A DNA stretch of 64,000 nt from a virus (IMGVR_UViG_3300044734_000006:1-64000), one strand, 5' to 3'; shown: positions 18,740-28,451, numbered from the stretch's first letter. Made by a program: numbers and translations. Notes: generated from the letters alone by a model not told the origin.

Positions 18740-18847
18740 TCAGTGGTGGTGATGCAGGGGGATGACGCCGGTCACCAGACCGGAGAGGATCAGTGTCACC
18801 ACCAGCATGAGCATGGGGTGTTTGCCGAACGCGATACCAAAGAGCAC
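18740..18847 (-). CDS. 35-aa membrane peptide
   Basis: GGGAG RBS, GTG; MLFGIAFGKHPMLMLVVTLILSGLVTGVIPLHHHH (below the ORF-track cutoff). Confidence 0.55.
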   Translation of the reverse strand: MLFGIAFGKHPMLMLVVTLILSGLVTGVIPLHHHH

Positions 18848-18859
18848 CCGAGTTCTCCC

Positions 18860-19039
18860 TTAGTAGTGGCCGTGGAGCCCAAATGTGTAGACGCCATACA
18901 CGCCGAACATGATGAACATGGCGCTGATCACGACGGTCGGGATGACCTTCTGGCGGATCCCCTCCCTCATCGTGCCGAACCACCACCATGCGATGTAGGC
19001 ACCCATGACCGCGAAGACGAGGTCTGGTACGCGTTCCAC
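18860..19039 (-). CDS. 59-aa two-TM membrane protein
   Basis: GGAGG RBS, GTG; MERVPDLVFAVMGAYIAWWWFG...VVISAMFIMFGVYGVYTFGLHGHY. Confidence 0.65.
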   Translation of the reverse strand: MERVPDLVFAVMGAYIAWWWFGTMREGIRQKVIPTVVISAMFIMFGVYGVYTFGLHGHY

Positions 19040-19107
19040 CTAGACCCCTCCGCACCCACGGACGATGTAGAAGACAATCGCGAGCGGCGCACCGATCCGG
19101 GCACAGC

Positions 19108-19314
19108 TCACAGCGGGTAGATCCCGTGCGCGAAGTGGAACACGGTGACCACGAGGAAGGCGGCCACCAAGGCATGCCACCAACTCGCTCGCCTCATGGC
19201 CTCGAAGATCCCCCACACCACGCAGAGGTTGGCGAGCCAGATGTAGGAGAGGAAGACGGAACCGAAGGCCACACCGGGCTGAGCGACTGCGGCGAGGAGG
19301 AGGGTACTGGTCAT
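19108..19314 (-). CDS. 68-aa membrane protein
   Basis: ATGA overlap; two hydrophobic segments. Confidence 0.65.
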   Translation of the reverse strand: MTSTLLLAAVAQPGVAFGSVFLSYIWLANLCVVWGIFEAMRRASWWHALVAAFLVVTVFHFAHGIYPL

Positions 19315-19568
19315 GGCGTGGTCTCCCCGTCAAATACCGCGTCCATGATCCTCACCACGTTGCGCGGTCGGTACTTGCCGTCAGATGGGCGCGGCAGATA
19401 GGCGTACTGATGGCGCCAGCGGCCATGCACGGCGACCTGTCTCCACTCGCCGAGCCGTGGATGGCAGTTCCCGGGCCGTCGCCACGTTCTGACTCGGGCG
19501 CAGTCGCTCACCTCGTAGTCGGGAGCCCACGGGATCGGTAGCCAGCGCTCCTCGGTCTCGTCGGTCAT
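19311..19568 (-). CDS. NUMOD4 domain protein
   Basis: ERWLPIPWAPDYEVSDCARVRT. Confidence 0.75.
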   Translation of the reverse strand: MTDETEERWLPIPWAPDYEVSDCARVRTWRRPGNCHPRLGEWRQVAVHGRWRHQYAYLPRPSDGKYRPRNVVRIMDAVFDGETTP

Positions 19569-19975
19569 CGCCGAGCCATGAGCAGTGCGGCGATCAGCAG
19601 GCACCCGTGGTGGAGAGCCTGATCAGCTTGGTATGGACCGTTCACCGGGGTGGACATCTCTGCGAATCCCGCCGAGCCCGTGTGTCGCAGCAGCCAGCGC
19701 ACCGACCATCTCCGGTCGATGAACGCGTGCGTGGCGCTCGAGAACATCATGCCGACCAGCAGAGCCCGCAGGTTGCAGCGCATCCCCGTGGCTGCGAGCA
19801 CCGCACCGACCGCCACCGCCTGCGTGGCCTGATAGCCAGCAACGTGCCCGGCCATGGCGCGCCAACTCTGCGCCTTGCGCACGGCTTGATGGTCGGTCTG
19901 AACGAGGTGGTCACCCACGTTGTGCGCGGCCCATAGCGTGGGGAGCAGCGCGGCGAACCTCAGCGCATCAGTCAT
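19565..19975 (-). CDS. DUF3307 membrane protein
   Basis: AHNVGDHLVQTD..A..K, THAFID, DQALH. Confidence 0.8.
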   Translation of the reverse strand: MTDALRFAALLPTLWAAHNVGDHLVQTDHQAVRKAQSWRAMAGHVAGYQATQAVAVGAVLAATGMRCNLRALLVGMMFSSATHAFIDRRWSVRWLLRHTGSAGFAEMSTPVNGPYQADQALHHGCLLIAALLMARR

Positions 19976-20331
19976 CGCTCGCTGCCATACTTACGAATGG
20001 GGCGCGTTCGGTTGACCCTTCGTGGAACGTACTCACCGAGCCGGTTGCGTACCCAGCCCGTGGCGCTGACACCAGTAACCTCGGAGGACTGCTGCATGAG
20101 GTCGACGAGTACGGAGCGGTCGGTACCACGCATTTCATGCACGGTGTTCGCATACCTGCCCTGCCGTTGCCAGAGCTTCCATCCGATCTGATGCATCCCC
20201 TTGCCGAGGCTCGCGAACTTCAACATAGGGCTGATCGCCCAGCCGTCCTCGCCGATCTGATCCCATGTGCTGATGATGGTCTCGTCTGCGGGCGATGCGT
20301 TCATCGTGGATCCTCCGCCCTCGGCAGTCAT
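19972..20331 (-). CDS. Hypothetical protein
   Basis: ATGA overlap, operon context. Confidence 0.55.
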   Translation of the reverse strand: MTAEGGGSTMNASPADETIISTWDQIGEDGWAISPMLKFASLGKGMHQIGWKLWQRQGRYANTVHEMRGTDRSVLVDLMQQSSEVTGVSATGWVRNRLGEYVPRRVNRTRPIRKYGSER

Positions 20332-20535
20332 CTACTCATCCCCGAAGCGGTGGGCCCGGCGGCCAAGTGCAGATCTGAGTAACGCCGCCGGGCCACCGCC
20401 ATGAGAGAACGCGCGGGAGAGGGTTGCACTGCTGGTGCGCCTACGGGGAGGGAGTTGTGTCGCGCGTCCATGTTGGAGGTAGTCTAGCACGACGGCGGTC
20501 CGATGGCGTGCCATTCCCATGATACGATGGAGGGC

Positions 20536-21426
20536 GTGATCGAAGTTAGCAAGACGTGGTCACTTGTGCCATGCAAGTTTCGTCCTGGAGTTTCAAGGGA
20601 GCGAGGAGTCCACGCCCAGGAGGCGCGGGCTGGCAAGTATCGCGGCGCCCATGTCTGGGCTTGGATGGATGCCAACGGCGGTGTGCCGCCTCCTAAGGGC
20701 ATGTGCGTGTGCCATCACTGCGATGTTCCGCCCTGCATAGAAGCTGAGCACCTGTTCCTCGGTACATACGCTGACAACACCCATGATGCGCAGGCCAAGG
20801 GGCGGATGCCTATCCGCGCACCGCGCCACGTAGCGCGTCGTGCTGGAACACAAACCTATGTTCGGAGTATCGCGATGCTACGATCGCCCACCGACCCGCC
20901 ACTCGACCACCAAGAGAGCGCCGATGAGCCCGTTCGACGTGATCCAGCCGATCTCGCAGACGTGAGCCCTCCAACCGACCCGCACCAGCCCAGAGCGCGT
21001 AGTGTCCACTGGCCTGACGAACTTCACGTCTATGTTGCGGCCGTGGCTCGGGAGGGTGAGGTCCAGGGGTACACGCGGGCCGAGTTCAACATCTCCACCG
21101 TGGCGCGTGAGGCCCTGCATCGTCTCCGTGATCGCCTAGAGGAACCCGCCACAGCAGCCGCTGCCATCATCCGAAGCTGGCGAAAGGATGACGATGGTAC
21201 GGCGCCGCCCCCGTCCAAGGCTCGCAGTGTGTGGTGGGACGACGAGCAGCACGGGTGGCTCGAGGACGTCGTCCGCGAAGGGAAGCGTGCCGGCAGCAAG
21301 GCGTTCAACATCAGCGTGGTGGTCCGCGAGGCGCTGTACCGGTTCCGTGCCCGCTACCCGGAGCCTGCCAAGGCCGCCGAGGCGATCATCCGGGGCTGGG
21401 AGCGAGAGGCGAAGCGCGAAGGCTAG
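20536..21426 (+). CDS. HNH endonuclease fused in frame to two tandem ribbon-helix-helix-like repeats (internal start at 20875)
   Basis: AHVWAW...VCHHCDVPPCIEAEHLFLGTYADN; repeats ARSVHWPDELH..FNISTVAREALHR / ARSVWWDDEQH..FNISVVVREALYR. Confidence 0.75.
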   Translation: MIEVSKTWSLVPCKFRPGVSRERGVHAQEARAGKYRGAHVWAWMDANGGVPPPKGMCVCHHCDVPPCIEAEHLFLGTYADNTHDAQAKGRMPIRAPRHVARRAGTQTYVRSIAMLRSPTDPPLDHQESADEPVRRDPADLADVSPPTDPHQPRARSVHWPDELHVYVAAVAREGEVQGYTRAEFNISTVAREALHRLRDRLEEPATAAAAIIRSWRKDDDGTAPPPSKARSVWWDDEQHGWLEDVVREGKRAGSKAFNISVVVREALYRFRARYPEPAKAAEAIIRGWEREAKREG

Positions 21427-22763
21427 GCGTATCCTTTGGATACTGCGGCCCGGTCTCCGCTACCTCGTGAGGCCGAAGACTACGAGAAGGAAGATGACGA
21501 CGAGCAGCAAAAGCACCCCGGCCTGACTGCTCATCGGTCCACCGGCGACATCGGCGAACACTCGGCTACTCACGCCTGACGCCTCGGCACGAACGCCCAG
21601 AACCACAACGCCAGTATCACGACCATGGTGAGCCCGGTCGCCCAGCCCAGCGGGGAGATGTAGACGGCAGCGCAGGCGACCACTCCGGCACCTACGCCGA
21701 GATCCGAGACGGTCACGCACGGCTGGCTGCGGATCATCGGTTCACGTGGGCTGTTCGGTGGCAGCCATCGTACCGCCGTGACTGTGTGGACCACGAACGT
21801 GGCAACCAACCATCACGCACCGATCACCGTCGATTATGCGCCATTCCGGAGCGTAGCGGTCTAGCAGTGCCTCTAGTTCGGCGATGCGGCCGAGGGCGCA
21901 CTCGTGCTCGGCCATCGTAACGTGCGTGCTGAACTCACCCACGGTCGTGCTCATGAGAACGCTCACTATCAGGAGTTCCGCGCACGATATCCTCCCATGT
22001 CCATCCCTGCGCCGCCTTGCAGCCGGGACACAGAATACCCCGTGTCGCGTCGTACTCGTGTGTGAAGCTACAGTCGGTCAGGTCGTGTGTGCAGACGGCC
22101 CGTAGCGGGTGAACGTAGTCCCTCACGCCCTGTGGCTCGCGGAGATGCCACTCGTGCCTGACCGTGTCGAGGTAGAACGTCATCACTCTGCCGTCACTCC
22201 ATTCGCTGCGAGCTCGAAGGCAGGGGTGAAGGCGCCGTCGCCCGGTATCCCCAGCCAGCGGTCGAGCATGTTGCCGAGATCGTAGAGCATCTGCGCCGCC
22301 CGCTCGGCGTTCGCGGTGAGGCAGCCGCACTCCACGATGGTGCCCATGCGCGTGTCGGGATCACGCTCCACGTCGTGGCCCTCGCCGCCGCATGCCTCGC
22401 AGCGTGGGTCCGCGCCGACCGTCAGGACCGGAGACAGTCTCATCGCGCTCCCTCGGTGTGCATGTCGCATTCCAACGTCGCGAAGCAGATCGGGCACTCG
22501 GGGCAGCCCTTTGGCGCCAGTTCGGACGCAGCGTGCAGGGCTGCGACGACGTAGGTGGGCAGGCTGGCCCCGTCCTCCTCAGCCCTCAGCAGCGCACCTG
22601 ACGCGGCCAAGGCGACGGCGCTGGGGGTCATGGGCTGGATCTGTGCGTCGATCATCCGCAGTGCCATGGTCATGCCTCTGGGTCAAAGGCGGGAGCCGGT
22701 GTCATGCGGCCCCCGCCTCATCTGACGAGGGCTGTTCTCCTGTCCCGCCGCGGCCATGTCCCT

Positions 22764-22799
22764 CATACCGACACGATACCACGGCATCGGAATGCCGTC
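22764..22799 (-). promoter_or_regulatory. 36-bp promoter/operator unit, copy 1
   Basis: Identical to 28201-28236; TGGACG-17-TATCGT-6-ATG with palindrome ACGGCAT-N4-ATGCCGT. Confidence 0.75.
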
Positions 22800-22827
22800 C
22801 AGCACGCGTTACCGTACCGCGACGGGC

Positions 22828-23364
22828 TCAGGCGGCCAGCGCTGGATCATCGCCCCAGACCGTCCAGTTGTCGCGGGGGCGCCTAGCAAATAGTTCCGCG
22901 TACCGCATCCCCGGCCAAGTCGTCTCTACCCAGCGGTGCAGATCGTCGGGCTTCTGCGAGTGCCGCGTGGCGGGGGCGTGGATGACGCTCGGCAGTAGCA
23001 GGCCGGGCCGCGGCGCCGGGAATCGACCACGCCGGCCGAGCAGGTACACTTCGTGCTGAGAACGCAGCCACTTTCCCGTGCCAGAGCGAGGCTTCGCCCA
23101 GACGCCAGAGGTGCGGAATCGAAACCCCCACGCAGCCATGACCTCGAGTCCGAGATGCAGGCGGTTCGCGGGCACCCAGAGCAGGAGCAGGGAGTCGCGA
23201 GCCGTCAGGGCTTCCACCGGCATCGCGCAGATATCGGGTAGGGACATGGTCGCGTAGTGGCGGGTGATGGAGCGGGAGCAGGTTTTTCCGAAGCATTCTG
23301 GCCACGGATTATCTGCGATGACGATGTCGAATTGCCCCACAGGCCACGGCTGGCGCGTGCTCAC
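22828..23364 (-). CDS. MT-A70 family adenine methyltransferase
   Basis: FDIVIADNPW, HYATMS...LLLWV, WGFRFRT..VWAK, HE..LLG..G, HSQKP, ELFAR...W..WGD. Confidence 0.9.
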   Translation of the reverse strand: MSTRQPWPVGQFDIVIADNPWPECFGKTCSRSITRHYATMSLPDICAMPVEALTARDSLLLLWVPANRLHLGLEVMAAWGFRFRTSGVWAKPRSGTGKWLRSQHEVYLLGRRGRFPAPRPGLLLPSVIHAPATRHSQKPDDLHRWVETTWPGMRYAELFARRPRDNWTVWGDDPALAA

Positions 23365-23577
23365 GTCCTCTCCCGCAGCCACACGTCTACCTCGGCAGGC
23401 ACGTAGGGATGCACCTCGCCCTTGCGCAGCTTCCGGCATACGGTCGGGTCGGCTGGGTCCGCAGGCTGTCCTCCGGACGTCACGGTGCGCTCTGGTAGGT
23501 CTCGGCTGCACACATCGCGGACCACGTCGGCTGCGGTGCGGACGATGGCGGTGGGCTTCCTCACTCCGTAATGGTAC

Positions 23578-23895
23578 TCACGGTGCGGGCTTGCTCTCAC
23601 TCAGAGCGTCGTATGCAGCCTGTAGGTGCGCGTGACGCATGGCTGCAGAGGTTGCGTGGAGACTGCAACTATCCCACGGATCACCGCCAGCCAGCACGTC
23701 GTTGGTGCATCTGCCCTCATGTTCGCCTTGCTTGATCGCCTCACCTGCCATTCGTGCAACCCGCATCAGCGCCTCGCCGTGCTCCACCAGCCAGTCCACG
23801 TACTCAGCCATGGCCCACAACCCACCACCGTCATCCACACCCTGCTGGCGCAACTCCTCGCCCCTAGCGAGCACGTCGTCAGTGCTGGTCATCAC
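23578..23895 (-). CDS. Hypothetical protein
   Basis: Overlapping start, operon context. Confidence 0.55.
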   Translation of the reverse strand: MMTSTDDVLARGEELRQQGVDDGGGLWAMAEYVDWLVEHGEALMRVARMAGEAIKQGEHEGRCTNDVLAGGDPWDSCSLHATSAAMRHAHLQAAYDALSESKPAP

Positions 23896-24081
23896 GCCTT
23901 CCGCATGGCCCGATCGGCCTCTCGCAGGAGCCCAAGGGCATATCCAACGTAGCTAACGGCGTAGACCAACCCTACGGCGGATATGCCCCCATATATCTGG
24001 GCCGTCACGTACCAGATGCAGACGTAGGCGGTAGTGAGTATGCCGATGGCGATCCACCACGGCAGCGCTCGTAGAATCATG

Positions 24082-24477
24082 TCAGTACTCCTCCCTACGC
24101 GCCGATCCTCGACGCCTCATCGACCAGTGCATCCCGAGATAGCAGCCCACGACCAGGAGCACGCCCTGCAACGTAACGGCATGTCGGAGCGCCATCGTGG
24201 CGACGACCGCGGCGCCGATGACGACCAGCAGGCATCCGAGGGCGCTATGTCTTCGCGCATGGGCGGCGTTCCGTCGTGAGTGAACACGCTCGATGTACCC
24301 CGGCCCGGGCGGGTCGATGACCGTGCGCGAGCGGTTCCGTCCGAAGGTGCGGTGGTACCATTTTGGCCCGACCGTGACGGATGGTCCGCCGAGGCTGAGG
24401 TTGAGGCGTACGCCGGGGAGCACCTTGCGGCGCCACTGCCAGCGTGCGTGCCAGCGACCACGACGGCGCGTCGTCAT
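24082..24477 (-). CDS. DUF4236 domain membrane protein
   Basis: RRKVLPGVRLNLSLGGPSVTVG...PGPG plus two C-terminal TM segments. Confidence 0.75.
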   Translation of the reverse strand: MTTRRRGRWHARWQWRRKVLPGVRLNLSLGGPSVTVGPKWYHRTFGRNRSRTVIDPPGPGYIERVHSRRNAAHARRHSALGCLLVVIGAAVVATMALRHAVTLQGVLLVVGCYLGMHWSMRRRGSARREEY

Positions 24478-24917
24478 GCCGACCGCTTCGTGGGACGGAG
24501 TTCGACAGTTGCACCCTCGGCGCGCAGGGCGTTGACGATGGCTACCGCGTCGCCTGCGTAGATGTCTTCGCGCACCACAACGGGGGCGGAATCGACCAAC
24601 TGTAGGGCGCCTCGGAGTTCCATTCCGGGGATCGCCCAGCGGACCTCCTTGATCACGTTGATCTTGCGCGGTCCGACCTGGGTGAGCACAACGTCGACAC
24701 GCTGCTTGCCCGCTGGCTCCACGGTCACCGTGGGCTCGCCCTCCACGTACATGAGCGGGTCGTTCCGGTAGTTCTCGGCGTCGATCGCAGCCATCTCTTC
24801 CGGGTCGGTTTTGCCTCCGTAGTCGGACGGGTTCGCTGTGTACGTCCAGCGGAAGGTGACGGTGGCGACGAGTTCGACCGCTCCGTCCTCTGGCGTGTGG
24901 CTGGGATGCTCGGTCAT
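24474..24917 (-). CDS. Ribosomal protein bL12 (L7/L12) C-terminal domain fused to an unknown N-terminal domain
   Basis: VDVVLTQVGPRKINVIKEVRWAIPGMELRGALQLVDSAPVVVRE...ALRAEGATVELR. Confidence 0.88.
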   Translation of the reverse strand: MTEHPSHTPEDGAVELVATVTFRWTYTANPSDYGGKTDPEEMAAIDAENYRNDPLMYVEGEPTVTVEPAGKQRVDVVLTQVGPRKINVIKEVRWAIPGMELRGALQLVDSAPVVVREDIYAGDAVAIVNALRAEGATVELRPTKRSA

Positions 24918-25243
24918 CACTCGCTCTCCTCTGGCACGTAGGCTCTGGCGCGCGCAGGCAGGTTCACCCCAGGCCGTCCAGCAAGATTCAGGCGGTCCTC
25001 ATGCGCGAAGGTGAGGTCCGAAATCTGTCCGTGACCACGGTCTATCAATACGCGGTGGCCCTGACGTAGTTCGTCGTCCAACCATGCTCCGCGAGACACC
25101 TCGTCGCGCAGCACGTCCGCTATGGTCTGTCCACGCTCCAAAGCCATGCCTGCGAGGAGGCGATAGACGCTCTCGGAGAACTCAACGGTGAACCTCTCCG
25201 CGCTCATGGCGTTTGTACCGGTTTGGAGTTGCTCGGTCATCAC
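24917..25243 (-). CDS. Putative ribbon-helix-helix protein
   Basis: RFTVEFSESVYRLLAGMALERGQTIADVLRD. Confidence 0.6.
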   Translation of the reverse strand: MMTEQLQTGTNAMSAERFTVEFSESVYRLLAGMALERGQTIADVLRDEVSRGAWLDDELRQGHRVLIDRGHGQISDLTFAHEDRLNLAGRPGVNLPARARAYVPEESE

Positions 25244-26090
25244 TCACTCTCCCCGGGCATGTAAAGACGGTCCAGGTGCTGGGGCGGGCTCTCTCCTAGC
25301 GCGCTGCTCACTCGGGCCAGCCACACGTGCTTGGTGCCGTACATCCGGAGTCGAGCGCCGTCAGCGTGATCGTGCTCCGATGCCCATACGATCTGTCGAC
25401 CTTGCTCCAGCAGTCTGCGGTAGTCCTGGACCTCATCTATCAGGGCACCGGCTGCCGCTGGGGAGATGCGTCCCTCACTGTCGACGACGATCTTGTCAAT
25501 GTCGATGCGGTCCGTCATGACCGAGCCCTCCGCGCGATGTACCCCTTGATCGCCATGCTCTCTGCCATGTCCGCGCCTACCTGCGCCACCATGCAGTCGG
25601 GATGCCACGGCCGTCCGTCACCGTCGTGAGCCGCCGCAGCGTCGTCAAGGCTCACGGCGCACTGCACACACCAGACCCGTACTCGGTCCGTCATGGCTCG
25701 AACACTACGCGCAGGGACAGCTCGCAGTCGTGGCAGACGAGCCAGAACATCTCTGCCGCGGATCGTCGCTTCTCCAGGTAGTGCTTGCGTCGGCACTCCT
25801 CGCAGGTGACCGTGATGGGCTTGGGTGAGCCGGAGGCGGGGGCGTGTGGGCTGGTAGGGCCGACGCCGAACACTCCCCAGCGCGAGTCGTAGTCGGTCTG
25901 CGTGGTCACGCTGTCTCCAGTAGGCTCTGTGCTTGGCGGTCGAACATCGCAGCCCAACCCAGCCGTCCGTCGTCTCGGCGCAGGATGGTCGCTGTGAGCG
26001 CGTCAGCCGTGAGCGTGATGGCGCGTCGGGTTGCCTCGCTCGGGCGGTTGCGGTGAGCGGCAAGGTCCTGGTCGAGTTGCCACGGCGCGG

Positions 26091-26531
26091 TCATCCACGA
26101 TCCTCCGTGGGCAGCAGATCGGCGAGGGCGTCGAGGGCGTCGCATGCCTCGTCAAGGCGGGCCAAGGTCGAGTTTTCTGCGAGCTCCAACGAGATGTGTC
26201 CTTGCTGGCGCAGAGTGGCGATCTTGCGCACCACCTCCAGCGTTGCATTCCAATCGTTCCGGTACCGACCGCCGTCCGGGATCCCCAGCACCTTGGCGAA
26301 GTGGGCCTCACGCTCACGCTGGAAAGCGATCGTCTCACGCTGGCTCTCGTTCTCTGCGCGTAGCCTCCGTAACTCCTCCGGGTCGATCCACGGCGCGACC
26401 GGCACGTCCTTCAGGTTCTCGAATCCACCCGTGCCGAACCCAACTGCCAAGTGCCTGCCGTGGTCCTGCCGGAACACGCATCCGCGCACAGCCACAAGGT
26501 CGTCCGCCTTGGGGGAGTAGTTCGACGCCAT
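26091..26531 (-). CDS. Hypothetical protein
   Basis: GGAGGAG RBS, ATGA overlap downstream. Confidence 0.6.
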   Translation of the reverse strand: MASNYSPKADDLVAVRGCVFRQDHGRHLAVGFGTGGFENLKDVPVAPWIDPEELRRLRAENESQRETIAFQREREAHFAKVLGIPDGGRYRNDWNATLEVVRKIATLRQQGHISLELAENSTLARLDEACDALDALADLLPTEDRG

Positions 26532-27174
26532 CTCAGTGCTCCTCCACGCAACCGGAACCCTGACGCAGCCTGCCGGCTACCTCCTCCAGCCACTGCCTGC
26601 ACGGAAGGCATGTCACGAAGGATCGACGGTGGGTGCTGACGATCGACCGCCCACGAGGTGGGGAATCACAGCCACACGGCGGCCACATATGTCCCGACAA
26701 GGTGAAGTGCGTCGGCCCCCACTGCATCTCGCGTGCTCCGATATCCATCTCAGTGCACCCCGATGCAGGAGAGAACCAGCAGGGCCAGCAGGGAGAACGC
26801 CAGCCAGCGCGGCATGCCGAGGATCATCGCGTTGGTCCTCCGATAGGTCTGACGCCGAGGCGCGCGGGTGGCGGTGTGCGTCTTGGGGATCCCGCTCACG
26901 ACGACGAGCGGACCTACCCTGCGGGCGTGAATCGTGGAGGTGGTTGCCATGTCAGAAGATCACCACGATGCCGATGAGCGCCAAGCCGATGGCGAAGATG
27001 GTCGCGCCTGTAGCCAGTGCCTCGGGGTGCGCTCCCATCGGGTCGAACCGGAGCGCGATGTATACGGCTGGCCCAGCGATGTAGAACATCATCCCAGCCA
27101 GCGCGAGACACAACTTCCACTGGATCACGTTCGGGTTGCTAAAGGCGTCCATGAACGCCAGCGTCGCTCTCATG

Positions 27175-27708
27175 TCAGCGCACCACCGTCTTCGACACGG
27201 CATCGGCGCCCTTGGCGAACTCCTCGGCCTGCACCTCGGCCAGCTTGCGGAACGCCTCCACGATGGCAGGAGCCATCTCGCAGAACCGCAGCCGCTCCTC
27301 TCCGGTGGCCATGTGCAGGTCGTACATGCCGCCCGGGTTGTACTCGTACATGTTGATGTGCCGACCGACCTGAGATCCGACCGCTCCCACCACGGGACGG
27401 GTGGAGTAAACCGTGCTGTCGATGACGAGAGCGTTGGTCCCATGCTTGTGCGGCTTGTCGTTATCGTCTGTCGGCCACGTCACCCGCTCCACGCTGGCCG
27501 TGACCGTCTCGGATGCGGACCGCTCGTCGCCAACCTCAGCCACCCAGCCCGCCTGCGTCCGGTAGATGGTCACGCTGTCCCCGGAGCGGAACGGCCCGAC
27601 GATGGCCGCCGCGATGCGCTCCGTCGCTGCGTCGAGTTCGGCCCGTGCGATCTGCCGTCCCTTCGCCGCAGCGGTCATGTCCACGATGGCCTGTGCCAGG
27701 TCTGCCAT
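27175..27708 (-). CDS. Hypothetical protein
   Basis: GGAGG RBS, plausible composition. Confidence 0.65.
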   Translation of the reverse strand: MADLAQAIVDMTAAAKGRQIARAELDAATERIAAAIVGPFRSGDSVTIYRTQAGWVAEVGDERSASETVTASVERVTWPTDDNDKPHKHGTNALVIDSTVYSTRPVVGAVGSQVGRHINMYEYNPGGMYDLHMATGEERLRFCEMAPAIVEAFRKLAEVQAEEFAKGADAVSKTVVR

Positions 27709-28200
27709 GTCGATGCCTCCTCCCCGGTCGTACTGCCGGGGCCATGTCGGGCAGGTGTACTACCTGCTCCGTGCTAGGTCAACGCTACGCCGTCTTCGAC
27801 TTGCGCCTCTTGTCGGCTGTCGTGGCACGGCGGACGAGCGCCATGGCGGCGTCCATGTCGTCGAACGCCTCCTGCATCCAACGCTGTCCCGAGACGGTCA
27901 CCTTGATGTCACTGCCATCTGTGGCGTGCGACACGGTGATGATTCGTCCTGTGGCGGTGACCGACTCGTAGGCCATCACCCGTCCACCGACCGACCGAGT
28001 GTCGCTCATCTCTGCCCCTCGTCGTCGCGGATGTTCATATAGGTCGGCGCGAAGGTCGGGTGTTCGTGGTGGATGCGGGCCACGTCGACCCGGAACTTGC
28101 TCACGTCCCGAGCGTCCCATTCGCACCCATCCTGACGGCACGTCGACCGCCAGCCCATGGCCGGGGTTACCGCTGCGCCTTCGAGGAGACTCTGGTGTGC

Positions 28201-28238
28201 CATACCGACACGATACCACGGCATCGGAATGCCGTCAA
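28201..28238 (-). promoter_or_regulatory. 36-bp promoter/operator unit, copy 2
   Basis: TTGACG-17-TATCGT-6-ATG (leaderless), same internal palindrome as the 22764 copy. Confidence 0.75.
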
Positions 28239-28451
28239 CGGCCGCGACGGCCCCGTGTCCGGAGCCTCCGCAACCTGCGCCCGATCCGGGTATGGGGACG
28301 CTCCGGCGGTCGTCTGAGAACGCCTGCGGTGTAGCGGAGCACGCAGAGGACGCCGAGGACCAGCAGCGCGAGGACGGCGAGGTGGAAGGCGGTCATCCCC
28401 TCAGCATGGCGAGGCAGGGTGTCGCGCCCATGTAACGGATGGCACAGGGGG

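Noticed and set aside
23110-23130. T-loop-like GGGGTTTCGATTCCGC (minus strand) as a tRNA
   Set aside because: Lies within the MT-A70 coding frame with no cloverleaf; no tRNA was recognised in the window
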